Program-made: the position numbers and the translations under genes
Notes under the pieces: generated by a model
Database searches by the model: none
What the model saw: the letters and a program-made list of their open reading frames with translations, nothing else
Told to the model about the DNA's origin: nothing
In this document: positions 13,001-27,200 of the stretch, in pieces
Numbering within the stretch: the first letter of the stretch is position 1
Layout: every line of letters begins with the position of its first letter
From: Phoronis australis
Taxonomy: Eukaryota; Animalia; Phoronida
Reading direction: 5' to 3'
Length of the DNA stretch: 64,000 nt
Assembly (NCBI GenBank): GCA_002633005.1
Contig: NMRA01000191.1
Coordinates: 426,466-490,465, forward strand

Positions 13001-16000
13001 TGTAGACTGTCAGAGAAACAGGCCCCTGGGATATTGGGGGGTAGGGAGGGTGCAATGCTTTGGTGAGACTTTGAATTGGACTTGGTGTAATCTCAACCCA
13101 GCACAAGATAGTAGTCTACATAGCCAACTCGAAAGCTGACTCTTAGGTGGAGGTGTTCTCGTTTAAAAAATACTTTGCTTTTAATCAATTAAGGTCATCT
13201 AAATCCCACACAGCTCTAATTACCATAGTTCAAGCCAAAACCACTAACTTCAAAATCGAATAAATCAAGTAAGTGGTAGTGAATTTTTCTGTTGAAGCAA
13301 CCAATGAACTCTTTGGTTTTATGTTTAATTAGGAACGCCAACTCACAGTATTAAAAAGCCAAACGAATTGAGGAGTTCACCCCAAAACATCAACCAATAC
13401 AATGGTTTTCACAGATGGCGCTGCACGGGGGTTTCAAGGAGTTGTTAGTGACCAAATTGACTGGATATTTTGTTTAAAAATTAAGTTGGATGCGTTGGTG
13501 TAGTATTCAAGAAGCAACATTATGAACTTTGCTAAAATTGATGTCGGTGGGTTTTGTTTCATTTTAAGCTGTGAGGTCCAGGTTTCAAAATGAATCATGG
13601 CGCATACCAGATGAGATAACCAATTGTTCCTTTTGCTTACAAGGCTTGGAATTTTCCGCAGAAACGCGGATTTCCGCTTTTTTCAAATGTTCTGTCCGCG
13701 TATTTTATAATATTTCCACGTAAAAAAAATCGGATTTGATACAAAATTTCCGCGGCAAAGTCCTTTCTTACCGCGGTGTTGCCGACGACTTTCACCTTGA
13801 AAAGCGGAAGTTTCTCTTTATGTTTCGAAGGAACGTAAATTGTCAACATTGCCAGGGCATCTGGGATAGCGTGGTGGATTTTTCAATGGCGACTCATGTG
13901 ATTGTAAACCGCGGTGACAAATACTAAGACTCTGCAGCCAAAAATGTGTGGTGTTGGGAGTGGACGGACGAGCTAAAAAGACGCAGATGGACAAGCTAAA
14001 AAGATGCAGACGCACGCTTCTGGAGATGGTACCGTTTTTTTTTTTTAGTCCTCCCGATTTTTGTGTGCAACATGAGGTCTCGAGGCTGGGGAGCGCGCTT
14101 CGGGCCGTAAAAGTTTCCGCGTTTTCCGTCTTCGGTCATTCCAATCCCTGTTTTTAACACTGCACATATTTTTGAGTATCTTTGCTTTTTAGGTTAGCCT
14201 TGTGAGTCGTGAGATATTCAGAAAAATATCAACATAGTTTTTGAACACTACATAATCTAATGATGCTTTACCTTTACTGTTACTCCAGCTTACTGAATCT
14301 CCATGACAGCCCCCCTTACCTTTCCCACTAACTCCTATATGGAAATGACATCAGAGTTACTGCTGGTTCTAGGGATTAAACACCAGATGGCATTCTTGAC
14401 TCACGTTATTGGTTAAACACATGTTTGGCATGGTGCGACCTCTGGTGAATTATCTGAGTGGCGTTAACCTTTCTTTTTGCAGGGAGATATTCCACTGCTC
14501 AATCCACATCTATTGTTTACACTTTTCTACTGACTGAAACTCGGCAAAACAGGGAAGTTGGTGGGAAAGTGATGTATATCACAGTTCACCGGGATTCAAA
14601 TTGAATTACAGTACACATCGTAACAACCAGAAATGTACTATATTTGAACTTCGTTTGACAGATCTACTAAATCTTGCAGTTAAAAGGGATGTTTATTACT
14701 ATAATTCTAACTAAAGGTCAGTTGGGGCATGAGTACCATGCGTGATATCCATAACCGCAATAACAACAGGTTTCGGTCTTCTCATCAGTCCTGATAACCT
14801 AATCTATTACGGTAAAAATCCCCGGATTGGGTCAAATTTTAGAAAGAGGCAATATTGGTCTTAAAAAAATTAATTAGTACAAGAAAGACGCGTACCCATT
14901 CCGAATTCTGTTTCATCAACTACTTCTTTCAATCTTTATTGCAGGCTAAGCTGATGCAAAACGTAATGTCCAATATCTGGTATGACGATGTACCAATCTT
15001 CAGAGTCAAGAAAATTCTATTTTGGCTCAAATGTTGTCGTCCCAAATTTCAGAGACTGTCAGAAGCAACTGGAGAATTTTTCCATACTTTTAAAATCTTT
15101 GTCGTTTCTTGAAAGTGTGAAGCAAATTCATTTAGCTGTTTTGTTTGCATGGAAATCATTGCTATCTTATCAGAATAAGAACTTACTGCTGGTTGAAACT
15201 TTATAATGATGCGTTATCTTGTTAGATCCATCAAAATAAAATAGATTGAAATTTGAAATAGGCTTCATTCAGTGATTGGTCTCTTAAATTGCATTTCTCT
15301 CTGTTGAGCTGGCTAAAAACAGAAATCAAATTAGTGTCATTTATTCTCATATAATCAACATCATGGTATTCCTTACTGTGATAAGGTTCTATTTCGGTTA
15401 CGAACTTGAACATAGTAACCCAAGGAAATGGTTTAGAATTTGTTGGCCAACCGTAAAATTGCGAATTCAAAAATGGTGCATGCACACATTGTCTGTGGCT
15501 GAGTTGCTAGTTCATTCAGCATAAATTCAAGATAAGTCAATGCTATTAAACCCTAGATCGCTTCAACATTGACTGCTAAACGGCAAAATGCATCTGATTC
15601 ACCTTTATGTACTGGTTTGAGAAACTTAATGGTAACTTAATTGTTCTTTTTGAGCAGCTTATAATTCAACATGTTTTAAGAGGATTGTGTAAAGCTTAGA
15701 AATTTCATAAATTTGCATCGACTTCTCACTCTTTCATATTTTTTGTCGTCTTTCATTGCATAGATTAACTCCATGAATTGTGTCAAATCTATGGTTACAT
15801 TTAGATGATGAGCAATATCATACATCCAGGTGAAAATTATAAATGATGAGTTGACTTCTTTCCGCACCTGGCTCCTTCTGGTGGTTGGTGATTGGCTGGT
15901 TCCTGCGGAAATTGCACCACCCTCTGCCGGTTTTCATTGACAACAACTGCTGGGCTCTGGATCATGAGTCAGACAACTTAAATTTGACCCCTACGTGTAT

Positions 16001-18697
16001 ATTCTAAGAGGAAACCCTGATTTTCAACCTCAGCTACTCTTACACCCTGCGCAAACCAAGAACACTGGCTTTCCAACACCCTCATGTTGGCTGTTTCGAG
16101 TATCTGACGAGTAGCTCATGTCATGTTCGTGAAAGTGCATGTCCCAGCACTCCAGGGTTAATATGCTAGTTGTTTAAATTCCACAGTGTTTCATTACTAA
16201 TTCAAGACGGCAGATGTGAGGGTGCTAGGCAGAAAGTTCTTGGTTTGAACTGGTTGTGAAAGAAGCTTTTAATAAAGCCAGCAGAGGGCGATGCAATTTT
16301 TTTCTGGAACCAGTTAATCCTCAACTCCCAGTAAAAGGAGCCAGGCGGCTCTGTATTGTTGAGAAAATATCACAATAAGCTGTAACTTATAATTTTCACA
16401 TCTATGTCTACGATTGCTTTTCATGAAAATGCATTTTTTGCAGGCTCTAGAATAGTTTACGAGAGGCAATTCCTGCTGAACTGCCGAGCGTCCCCATTAA
16501 CAAAGAGTCCACCAGCCAATCTACCAAAGATCCCCGGAGTCACTTGTCCCCTTGGAGAGGGAGATGAACCCAAGGAGAACGGCAGCGTGATCCATGAAGA
16601 ACCCGAGTCAGCTGCAGGTTTGTCACAGTTGTTGTAGTCTTCTGCCCACTTCGAGGGAATTTCATCTATGGTGCTCCCATCATTTTTCAAATGCATTTTG
16701 GGACGATTGTCGACTCGTAAATATCTGTTGTCATCGTAGATAACTTTGAGAGGTGTAAAAACTATGTCAGAAAACAACATTGTCACCAGAATTGAAAGTA
16801 TGGGTAAACTGCCACGTAGTGTAAGTTGTGAGTATGTAGCCATCCTACAGAAATAGAAGATTGAAAGTGAACCTCAAAATGCATTGAATTAATACATAAA
16901 TTAGCAAATGTTTTCAATCACGCTGAAGTTCAATCTTAACACCTATAATGCAGTCTGTAAATCTGGTTACATGAGCCGACAGCCGTCCCACAATGCATTT
17001 AAAAAGCGACGGCCGCTCTGTCCATGAAATGTCGAGTTTGAAAAACAGCTCCTGTTTGGTATTTAGAAGCGTAAATTTTCAAAAATGTGTCTGTCGCTTG
17101 TGTTTTTGCAATAAAAACCGTCTCGATGCAAAGAGATTTCATTCAAGTTCATGTGGCTTAGTCAAAGATTTGGTGTCGACTCAAACGAAAACCAGACTTA
17201 AAAATAATATAAAAACATTTGATAATAAGTAAAAAATAACAAGTTATCAAAAAATTCAACCAATTTCCAAGAAGAGGGAATTACATTGGCTTATTGTACT
17301 TGGGTCGTGCTACTGCTTAACGTAGACCGTCTTGAACATCACGGCAATATAGATTGTAGACAACAGATGCGCAACTCTGATATTTTTTGATACAGGTGCC
17401 ACTTCGTTTCAGTGCCCAACTCAACTTCCAATATGTGATCCGATGATGTACTTGCCAGAAGTAAAATGTGCATCACACCAGGCTTGCGCGCAGGATCACA
17501 AATTTTGAGAATATATAGAGAGTTGGCAGTCCACGTACTATAGTCTCTAGTCGTGTCCACACACAGACTTAGCCCAGAATAACTTGAACTTGTACAACTT
17601 GCCCCACTTTTAGCAGAGTGTCTACACACACATATATCCAATACTTAGCACAAGGTGGAAGTTGTTGCTTTACACATGACAATGAACAGCTGATATGAAT
17701 ACAGCTCGAAGTTGTCACAAGTGGGGCAAGTTGCACTAGTTTAAATAGCCCCAGGCAGAGCCCAAACCTACCGACATCCTGTTCCAGGAGTAACTTGTTC
17801 TAGGGTAAGTCCGTGTGTGGACGTGACTTATGATGGTTTGGCTGAGTCTGTGTGCAAGCATTTTGCTAAAACGGCCAATGTTTGGAGACCACACTGACAT
17901 TGACCTCAAATGATCAGAGATTAGTGGGATATCTGCATTTGGTTGTGAGGAGTCGGCATACCAGGCAGAGTAAAACTGGTCAACCGATGATAGTGGAAAA
18001 CTGGAATTAAACAAGTCGTGCAGTTCCATGCAACGTGTGGCGAGGAAGACGAATGTGCTATATTCTTCTAACCATAAAATGTCAATGGAACGTTACTCTT
18101 TGCTGGTGTGTAAGCTGTATATGACTTTCACACGAGTGGCGAAAACACTGGCAGTTTTTCTGTAGTGAAAGCATGACCATTTTAGTCAGAACGACCAGCT
18201 GTCCGTGAAGGCGTATTTTCCTCAGTGATTTCCTTGCAACTCAACACACTTTTAAAGGGAAAAATTAGTTTGAAAAGCGTTCACTCTGTTATTAGTTGAT
18301 GAACACAACTATAAACTAAAGTATCTTTCCAGTGGGCATGTGTGTCCTTTGAAGTAAGTTGTCTGACTACAAAAAAGCCAGGAGAGATACCAACAATTTT
18401 GGGGCAACTTGAAGTGCCATCAAGAGTGACACTTGCAACCACTCTGTCATTTTTTCACAACTGGCACAAGTGCTAGCAAAAATGCTGGTGTTCTAGCCAG
18501 TTTGTGAATGGGGCAGTGGTGAGCTACTAGTCTATGTGTCTTGTGGGCAACCAAACCAGAAGGCACGTAGACCGAGGGCATCACAGTCTAGCGAAAGTCT
18601 TGGAAAGGCACATTACTTAACGAAAAATTGTAAAATGGCTTTGTCTTTTTTTTCAGAAGTACCGAAGGAGGAGCCTCAGTTTGAAATGGATATTTAA
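10086..18697 (+). CDS. EIF4EBP: Eukaryotic translation initiation factor 4E-binding protein (4E-BP/Thor)
   Basis: Exons 10086-10233, 16444-16617 and 18657-18697 (phases 1,1). The protein has the RAIP motif, the [16 protein letters not shown] phosphosites, the eIF4E-binding motif YERQFLL (YxxxxL-phi), SPLTKSPP and the C-terminal TOS motif FEMDI before the stop. Confidence 0.97.
11062..12452. mobile_element. Non-autonomous hAT-like DNA transposon with 5-bp TSD
   Basis: Perfect 11-bp TIRs CAGGGCTCGAC / GTCGAGCCCTG. Direct repeat AATGC on both flanks. Clustered subterminal CAG(G/C)TCGCATT motifs at both ends. No transposase ORF. Confidence 0.85.
13640..14149 (+). mobile_element. hAT-like MITE family A, copy 1
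   Basis: TIRs CAAGGCTTGGAAT / ATTCCAATCCCTG. Highly similar inverted copies at 48996-49489 and 63711-64000. Confidence 0.85.
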
Positions 18698-21375
18698 AGT
18701 GGATGCTACCCATTCTGTCTTTCGTTAGAAGTATTGAGAAGACTGTGCGACTTGTGCTCACATCTCTGGAATTGGAAGATAATATTATTGTATGTTCATG
18801 TACTGTGCGTCCTGTGACACAGGTTGTGTGATGGGGATGTCTGTCTGTTATGGCTCGGTGTCTCTGAGACGGTCATCTAACTTGTACTACGAGAAAATTA
18901 AATGGAAGAGTCGAGGGGTCAGGAGGTTAATAGACAACAATCTGCATGTACTCAAGGATAATTTAATAACACAACATTTATTTGTTTTGATATTTTTGTA
19001 CTGACCGATTGTAGAAGCCTTACTTAGCTCGAAGTTTTGACGGACATATAGCAAGCTAGACCCAGCTGAAATCTTTTTCGTTTGGAGTTATATACAGATT
19101 TTTTTTTTTCTAGTCAGAGTGACGTACATGGTTCTTGTCATCTTGGGTTGTATGTTCTGTTGTTCATTATAGAAATACAGAATTATGGTAGGCCTTCATT
19201 TGTTCATTCTCAGTATTTTGAATTTTTATACCAAGAAGAAAATGGTTTCTTATCGTCGGAAATAAAGAATTCTGTAATGTACTCCTTTGTGCTTCTTAGT
19301 ATCATGGATTAGAAAAGGAACAGTAATGACTGGTTGAGTGGCGTGTGAAAATTATGGAAAGACTTAACATTTTGTTAAGTTGCTATTTGATTACTAATGA
19401 TGACCTTACCTGTTAAAGTGCAGTGTCTGTGTGAAGTTGTCATAGAAATGAGCGACATCTTTAGGGGTATTTGTAAACATTGTATTTTCCTCTACAGTAT
19501 GTTGCCTGGTTTGCTTTCAAAGCTTACTCACATTTTGTGCATCAAGACCTGGATTTCTATGTGTAATTAATGGTCGAGTTTTACAAGGAATGTGAATGGG
19601 AAGATAGCCTGTCCTTTGTTGTTAATTTCGAAATTTTGATCGTTCGCCACAGCTGTGCAAGTACACTGTGAATGCTAATCAATCATTTAATTTCAAAATT
19701 TTAATTTTGCGCCACAACTTGATAAATACACCGCGAACGCCAATCAATCATCCTGTTAAAAAATCTTTAGTTGGCTGCTTGCGAAGAGCGGATAGTATAT
19801 TTATAGAAGGAATGGGTTTAAAAAACTTGGTCCATTTTTGTCTCTAACCGACTAATCAAAATGCAGCTTCATCTTGAGTTGAGTTGCAAGTGCTGAATTT
19901 CATCCAGTTTTTTGCTCAAGACTTTTTGTTTCTTTTGCTAGAAGATCGACCAAACCGCGAGGTTGAGATTTGTTGATATAACGATATAATATTACTGTGT
20001 GACATTGTTAAGTGAGGCAAGATGGGAATGTCTGTTTGATACAATCTCTGAAGTATACATGTGTTAGACTATAACTGTGAAGGTGTACAACTGCGCTTCT
20101 TCAATGTTCCTGCAAATTTTGTGAAGTTTGTTCCTCTGCATTATTTTTTCATTGTTGCCAAATTGAAGACATTTTAATGCTTGCAAAGTCTAAGGAGAAT
20201 CGCGATCAGTTGGGATCATGAAAAATTGTGCTGTTCTATGCTTTGAAGATGCAATGTACGTTGACAGTTTGTGATTTGCATCTAATGACAAATTGTGGAA
20301 TAAATCGTCAATTGTCTTTGCTAATTATCTGAAGTAAATGATGACACAGGGTTAATACATAGGTATGTAATCAAAAATCACATTGCCAGTATCTCCTTGC
20401 TATTTCTTGGCTTACCCCAAATTGTAGCACTTTTAAGTATGTTGTGTTAAGCCCAAACTATGGCACGTTAAGTCTGTGTGCTAAACATGCCCAAACTGTG
20501 GCACATTAAGTTTGTGTTAAACAAGCCCAAACTGTGTCATGTAAGTCAATGTGTTATTCCCAAACTGTAACATGTTAAGTGTGTGTTAAACAGCCCAAAC
20601 TGTGGTGCGTTAAGTCTGTGTGTTAAACAATCGAGACCAAGTGGTGGTGCTTCTGAGCTAATGTGCTGTAAAATCTCATCAGTTTCGGGTGACAATAATT
20701 ACCAAAATTGCTATTTTTTAAAAGGCTTTTTAACATTGTTTTGAATTATTACATTTTTTTTCAAAATAGTGTCTGATGGTAGCTTAGGCACTGCACTTGA
20801 TCAGTGTAAAGCATTAATCTAGTGCTAGATATCTGTTACGGAAGAAATAAGAATTTGAAATTTCACATGTCAGCTATATTGTGTCCTAAATTGGTGATTT
20901 TGTCATAGTTTGGTCTTCCTGTCAGATGTGCTACGTTTGGTCAATGCTTATTGTTTCTGGACAGTTGCATGTGACAACCATATAAATATGGTAGTCTGAG
21001 TGTGTTGAACAGTCCCCTTTGCACACTTGATAAAGTTTACCACTGTCTTGTTCTTGACATCTCAGTTGTTGAGCAATCTTATGTACTGTGAAATTGGATA
21101 AGTCCTTTTACATTGCCAAAAGTTAGTTGAGTTGTGTGATTTTGCTGAATAGGGTTTGTTTATAGTAGACCATCTTTTGCCTTTGCTGATGTGTTGTTCA
21201 CTGAGCATGAATTGTTTCGCACAAGGAATGAATTGTCAATCTTCTGACACTGAGGTACAATAGGACGTCATCCAAGTGTAATGCTTGTGTTACAAGCAGT
21301 TAACAATGTGTTAATATAATGTGTGTAAGGTGATTGTTTTATTACAAACAGAATAAATGATTACCTTACCAGCTT
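18698..21375 (+). other. Probable long 3' UTR of 4E-BP
   Basis: U/GU-rich sequence after the stop. AATAAA at 21352-21357 is followed by a GT-rich downstream element. Earlier AATAAA hexamers also occur, so the end is uncertain. Confidence 0.45.
20417..20630. repeat. Minisatellite, six degenerate units of about 33-38 bp
   Basis: Unit consensus cccaaactgtggcacgttaagtctgtgttaaacaag, repeated six times. Confidence 0.85.
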
Positions 21376-24255
21376 GTCTGTCTTTTGTTTATTGATTTCA
21401 AATACCATTATGAATATAACTATCACTAGCGCTGTCTGGAGTGTATTTTTGTGTATTTTTGTCTATGCATCTCCCTATCTAGCAAGGCATGGGTTGACTA
21501 TGACAAAAAGGGGACAATCTTCCTGGTGATGTAGCGTTCCACAAATAAATGGGATTGTGCGATGGAAATAATTTTGTGTTGTAAAATTTAACTGAAATAA
21601 ACGTTTTTGCATGAATCAGTCAAAATAATGATGAAAAAGTAAACTGAAAATCAAATGAGAGGAAATCGAAGTTAAAAAGAGGAGACTTCCAAGTCTTGAT
21701 CCTGGTCCACGTTTGTTTTTGAAGTAATTGCTTTTTTCTGACTAATACAAAATGATTTTTGCTTATGTACTGCGTACATTTACGACTTCAGTCGCAACCA
21801 GGGTTGCGTTGTGTAGTCGCAAGGATCTTGTGAGTAACGATGGTATGGTCAGGCGCTTCACTTGCAATGCATGGTGATTTTTTGCGAGATTCTTGCGTTT
21901 ACAGAAGGCAACCCAGGTTTACATTGTGCACGCAAGTCATAAGTTTTTGGGTCATGATCATTCTAAGCGCATTAGCCTTCAAGTGCATTCGAACAGGCTT
22001 TGTAAAATTAGGCTGCATTTAGAAAACTTAAGCTTTAGTAGGAAAATTGTGCGTAAATCATGCTTTTCACACATAATGACACTGCACATGTGCTACACAG
22101 TAGTTATATTGTTCAGCACCATTGTTTCTTGATTCTAAATCCGAAACCAGTTTGCAGATTGGTGCAAGATAAATTTGCATAATCTTTGCATCTAATGGCC
22201 ACCATTATTTAAATTCTGTTTCTGTTTATGTCAACTTCCTTCCAGGCGCTACATGTAGATTCTTTACGTTTGCAAACATGTTTTTGTGGTCAGTGAATAT
22301 AACGAAATCAGTATGCAGGTCATTACCCTCATAAATTTGTATAATTTATGTACATTGAGACGGCGAAAAGTAGTTTGGCTCATCATCTTGGTTGCACGAC
22401 TGTCGGTGGTTTGATAATTAGTTTGAGAGACTTTTGTACCCGGCGACTGGACCATCTGAAACAAGAGTTGTATTGTACCTGCTTAAAAATAAATGTATTA
22501 GTGAATAAATGCATTTTAAATGAAAGCTTATAAAAAGGACAGTAAAATACCTATACTACATTTTATAAACTCAAAAATTTTTGATATTCACCCATAAGTT
22601 TTATTTTGTTTTCGGTATTGATTGACCAACCACTCACTGTTTCACAATGCAATTTACAATACAGTGCAACATAACACAATAAATGCAATTCATTATAAGA
22701 AACCCTAATATTAGAAGTAGTATTTGGCATGCAAATAAGTTACCACAGTCACCAATTTAGACACCGGACAATATGCTTAATTTTTTCATGAAAGTTAAAT
22801 TGTCATTTTTAAATTTTTAGTTTACCGCACTTACGATAAGACAATTTTGTGGGCACTCGCAGCAATGTCAGATTAAAGCTTTTAAAAAGAAAACTCTAAA
22901 AGATAATTTTTCTCCAAAACTAATGAGATTTTGAATAAAGCAACAGATAAGATTAGTCGACGGCCGGAAGAACGAAAATTATAAGCAAAGCATGAAGTAT
23001 TTCAGTATAATTACAGAATGGGATAGGCGCGTCGTAAACCACCTGAGTGCTTTACTAGTGGAGTTTAAGCATCGTCATTCTTAGAAGTTTCCATTCTGTT
23101 GCTCGGCACGGCGAGCATATTTGGACGGAAACGGTTCGCTTACCAAATTTCTCTCAGAATCCAGGCTTACGAGCCTTAATTAAGTAGTTGGCCTATGTCT
23201 TGAATAGAGCTATCACCATAATATGGAAAAGGCACATGAAAAGAGCTAGAGTTCAAAGCCGGCGCGCTGATCTAGTGAAAACGATATTTAGTAAGCCTAT
23301 AACTAATTTAAATGCATTCCCCGTCAAATAAGATAGGGAACCTTTCTGAGTTGAGTGGTTAATGAATTGGACTTGGTATTTATCAGTATCTCTGGTTTAA
23401 TGGCTAGATCTAGAGTTTATACACCTGAAAAAGCCCGGCGGCCCGGGCACCTCAAGCTTGCGGGCTTCAATCACGCTCTCGTCCAACTGAAGGCGCGGGG
23501 GGACAGGCGTTGGTGACAACTTGTATCTGTCTATGATGGTCAACTAAAACGTTCATTACATGGATTTATTGGGCAAGGTCAAAGCTATAATACATTTCTC
23601 CCCGTTTAGATAAGTACTAAAATGAAACTTGAATTGAAATCGTTCTCATAATATACCTCACCATGATCATGATCTTATACTCATCAACTTGAATTACAAG
23701 CAAAGCGTACTGTACGCGCCATTAGACTCGTTATCTCATGATTGGCCCGGCATGCAACTCAGTAAAATATTTTCTTGAGTAGCTGGTGGTTTTGACGTTC
23801 TTGTTGGCAACGAAATAGAATTTTCAACCATAGGTGCCTTAATTTGCACAATCTATGCAAATTTTAGATACCTCCACCCCCAAATTAAAGTGGCTGCATT
23901 AAATTCACTAACCATGGAGACATCAAAACAAAGCACGACTCCATAAGTTCGCCGGGCTACCCGGCCCGACCGCAGTGCCTGGTGAGAAAGCCAAAAATAT
24001 AATTTTGGATAAAAGCGGCCTTAATTTGTATACTTAAAAATGCTTAAGGTTGTCATGATTACAACCCATGAAACAAACAAGAAACTTTATTCTACCGAAC
24101 ATTTCTAGCTACCCATTTCTCATCGTGGCGACTGGACTTACAGTGCAAAGCGACCAATTCGTGGTGGTTTTCAGTTCGGCCACTAGGTGGATTACTAGTT
24201 GTGCAAAAAATACCGAACAAATCCGCAGTCATTTCCGATCAATAGACAGACAAAG

Positions 24256-27200
24256 ATGGCCGACTTATTGGGTGACGATCAAGTTCCCGAACTTCCACCT
24301 CAAGATGATGACCCTGCGGCTGACTTTTTAGCTCGAGAACAGTCAGAATTAGCAGCATTGGGGGATGATGACTTTGTGGGAGGTGTTTCTGGTGGAGGCC
24401 CACCTCCAGGTAAAGTAGAAGATGAGTTTCAAAGATGCGGTGACCGAACCGGCGGCGAACCCTCCCCCTCGCCGTCGGTGTTACAATGTACAAATACACC
24501 ATTCTCCTAAAATAGTCTTAGATTCTACTCTGACAACATGGCTTACCTGGTTGGAATGGTTAATGACGGTATTCCTGAATTTTATGTGTCTAAATTAACC
24601 TGAGGTGTTAAGAACCAGTCCTTCCACCTGTGACCTGTCCAATGGCAATAACCTTCCTTATAACGCCCGTTTTTCAAATTCAGTGCAGGTGCCTGGTTTA
24701 TTTATTACAACTCTCAGTAAACGCCTCAGTGCTTGTTTTAATGTTCTCACTGATGACTTAATTAAAATTTTACTGTACTCAGAGATCAGAGGTCGGCACA
24801 AGGCCACAAGGTCAAGGACTATAATTGTCAGTTCTGATGGTGGATGAAACTAAATCAGCGATCCAGTAACCATTGTTGATAGCATCAAACATAAGCAATG
24901 AATTCATTATGGCTTCTTTTGTGATAGTAATATAAACGTTTTTTTATATTTTAGATGATGGCTTTGACCCTATGGCACAGCAGGTAGGATCATGTAATGC
25001 TGTTATCAAGAGACATCGGTGATCAAAAATGAAAACCTGTAACGTTATTTGAAAAAGGGACTGTGATGACTGATATCTACCTTGTCAGATACAGAATAGA
25101 ATATACAATTCAAACACAAAGCCTCCCTCAAGTTGGATTTTTAATAAAAATCTTCGATCTAAAAATGATTATCTATTAAAAAATGGCTGTCCTGTGATTA
25201 CAACTTATCACGCGACGTTTTGAAACATTTATTAATTATTTAATATCATTGAGTATTCAGAAAATATGTAATAAATACTTTTATGTGTTCAAAGTGAATG
25301 TTGACAAATTTTACCTGCCTTGAATCATGAAGCAATACAACACGCAACTTTGTTACAAGGCACGGGCTGTGACTTTTGTAAAGTTTGGGTTGTACTATTT
25401 TTCTAAATTAAATTTTGATTTTGTATTATGTCAAAATTATATCTTTATGGCGGTTGTTGTACCTTTACTTTAGAGCCATCCATGTAAATAGTTTCACTAC
25501 ACTATTTCTTTTACCTCCTTATCTCAGATACCAGGGATTTTTACTTATTACTCATGTTATTGGCCATGTAAATTGATGTGTTTTTTAGATTTCCAAGTGA
25601 TATTTAGGAATGATTTTGACTGCAAGCATATTTCAAGATGCATATTTCACTGCTGAGCTGTGGTCTACACATTCAGACTATTATCAAATTGTCACAGAGG
25701 GACATGACTATTATCAATTGCATAGCAGATGATGCTACTACTTCTTGTGTTGTAACATGCCATTGTTTCCTTTTCTGTTAGTTATGACATGTTGTTTCTT
25801 CGTTTGTTGTTCTTGTCTGTGAGACTACTTGTAGTGTCATCTTGATCATGCCTGACCCCATAGTTTGAGTTGTGACCTTCACCTTCATTATGCATGTTCT
25901 TCAGTTTCAGTCAGATGGTTTGGTAGATGACTTTGGTGGCACTCCAACTAATGATTTTGTAAGTTCTCAGATGAGTAGTCGTATTACAGAGATTTTGACT
26001 TTTGAAATGTTTGTGCCTAGTTAGTTCCCAGATTTAAAGATACTCTTTCCGCTCAAACGGTAACACAAGTTAGATCTGTCGATACGTAAGCCTAAATAAT
26101 GGCCATTCAAGACAGCTCCGTATGTTTTCAAACTAAATTTGATATGAAATTTTTAGTTTAATTTTTATTTTCGGTAATGCACTACCACCTAAAATGGCTT
26201 TCATAGTGAGTGACAGCTGACTCATGCATTGGGTACTCACTCAACTGCCACCATGTCTTATGAGGTTTTCGCGGAAACCCAGCCCTTTTTAAAATAACCT
26301 TTAAAGAGTATCTTTAATGCATTGACCATTCTGTGTTTAGCTGCTAGTACATTATGTTAACCTTGATCTGTGCTTCTAGATGAGTTAACTGTTTTACTTT
26401 CTTCTGTTCATCTCTTATGTTTGTGAATTATTCATCTCCATATGCATTAACAACTTGAATTGCATTGGTTCACTGTGCATTACTTGACCACAATGCTCTG
26501 TAATTGTCTGTTCGGCGTGATATGCTTTAAATTCCATGGCACACAAAAGCTTGTATGAGAGCAGAAGTAAATTGATTCTGTTTCAATTTCTGCAAAAATT
26601 ATCCCATCAAGCTGGTTTTGTCCACATGCTGTGCTTGGATCCTTGGGTACCAAAATCTAAGTGTAAACCAAGTGTTAGTTTTTCATAGGGGGGGAGGGGG
26701 GGCTATGTTTCTCACGTGTCTCCCTAACACCGAGCATGGATGAGATCATAAGTTAACAGCTAAGAAGGAGCACACTGATCACCTTCGGTCCTGGATCCAT
26801 CGATGCTCGGATACACTCAGCTATACTGTGTTAATTTCTGCAGTACTGCATGTGTTCTTGATTGCTATGTTAAGTCTCTTTCCTACACGTGCACCTGTTT
26901 TAGATGCAACCCGCTGCTTCCAACGAAGCAGATTTCTTCGGTAATGAGCCCCAGCAAGATCCAGCCGGATACGATTTTCTTGAGGACGTAAGTCAACAAT
27001 ATGCTTCGTTACTGCTGGTTTTATTGAGCAGTGGGGGTCCTGGAACTAGGCTGTTGGTTTCTCAGATGGTTGCAAGCATTGGGTTCTTATGCTAGTCGGT
27101 GGGCCAAATCTCATAGCGTTCACCCTTGTGAGTACTTTGGGGGGGCAACCTAGTTTTTTCTATGTGGCTAGATAATATAACTAAAAATCAAATTCCAAAA

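Noticed and set aside
20417-20630. Roughly 36-bp periodic repeat resembling a CRISPR array
   Set aside because: The units are contiguous and degenerate with no unique spacers, there are no cas genes, and the context is eukaryotic.
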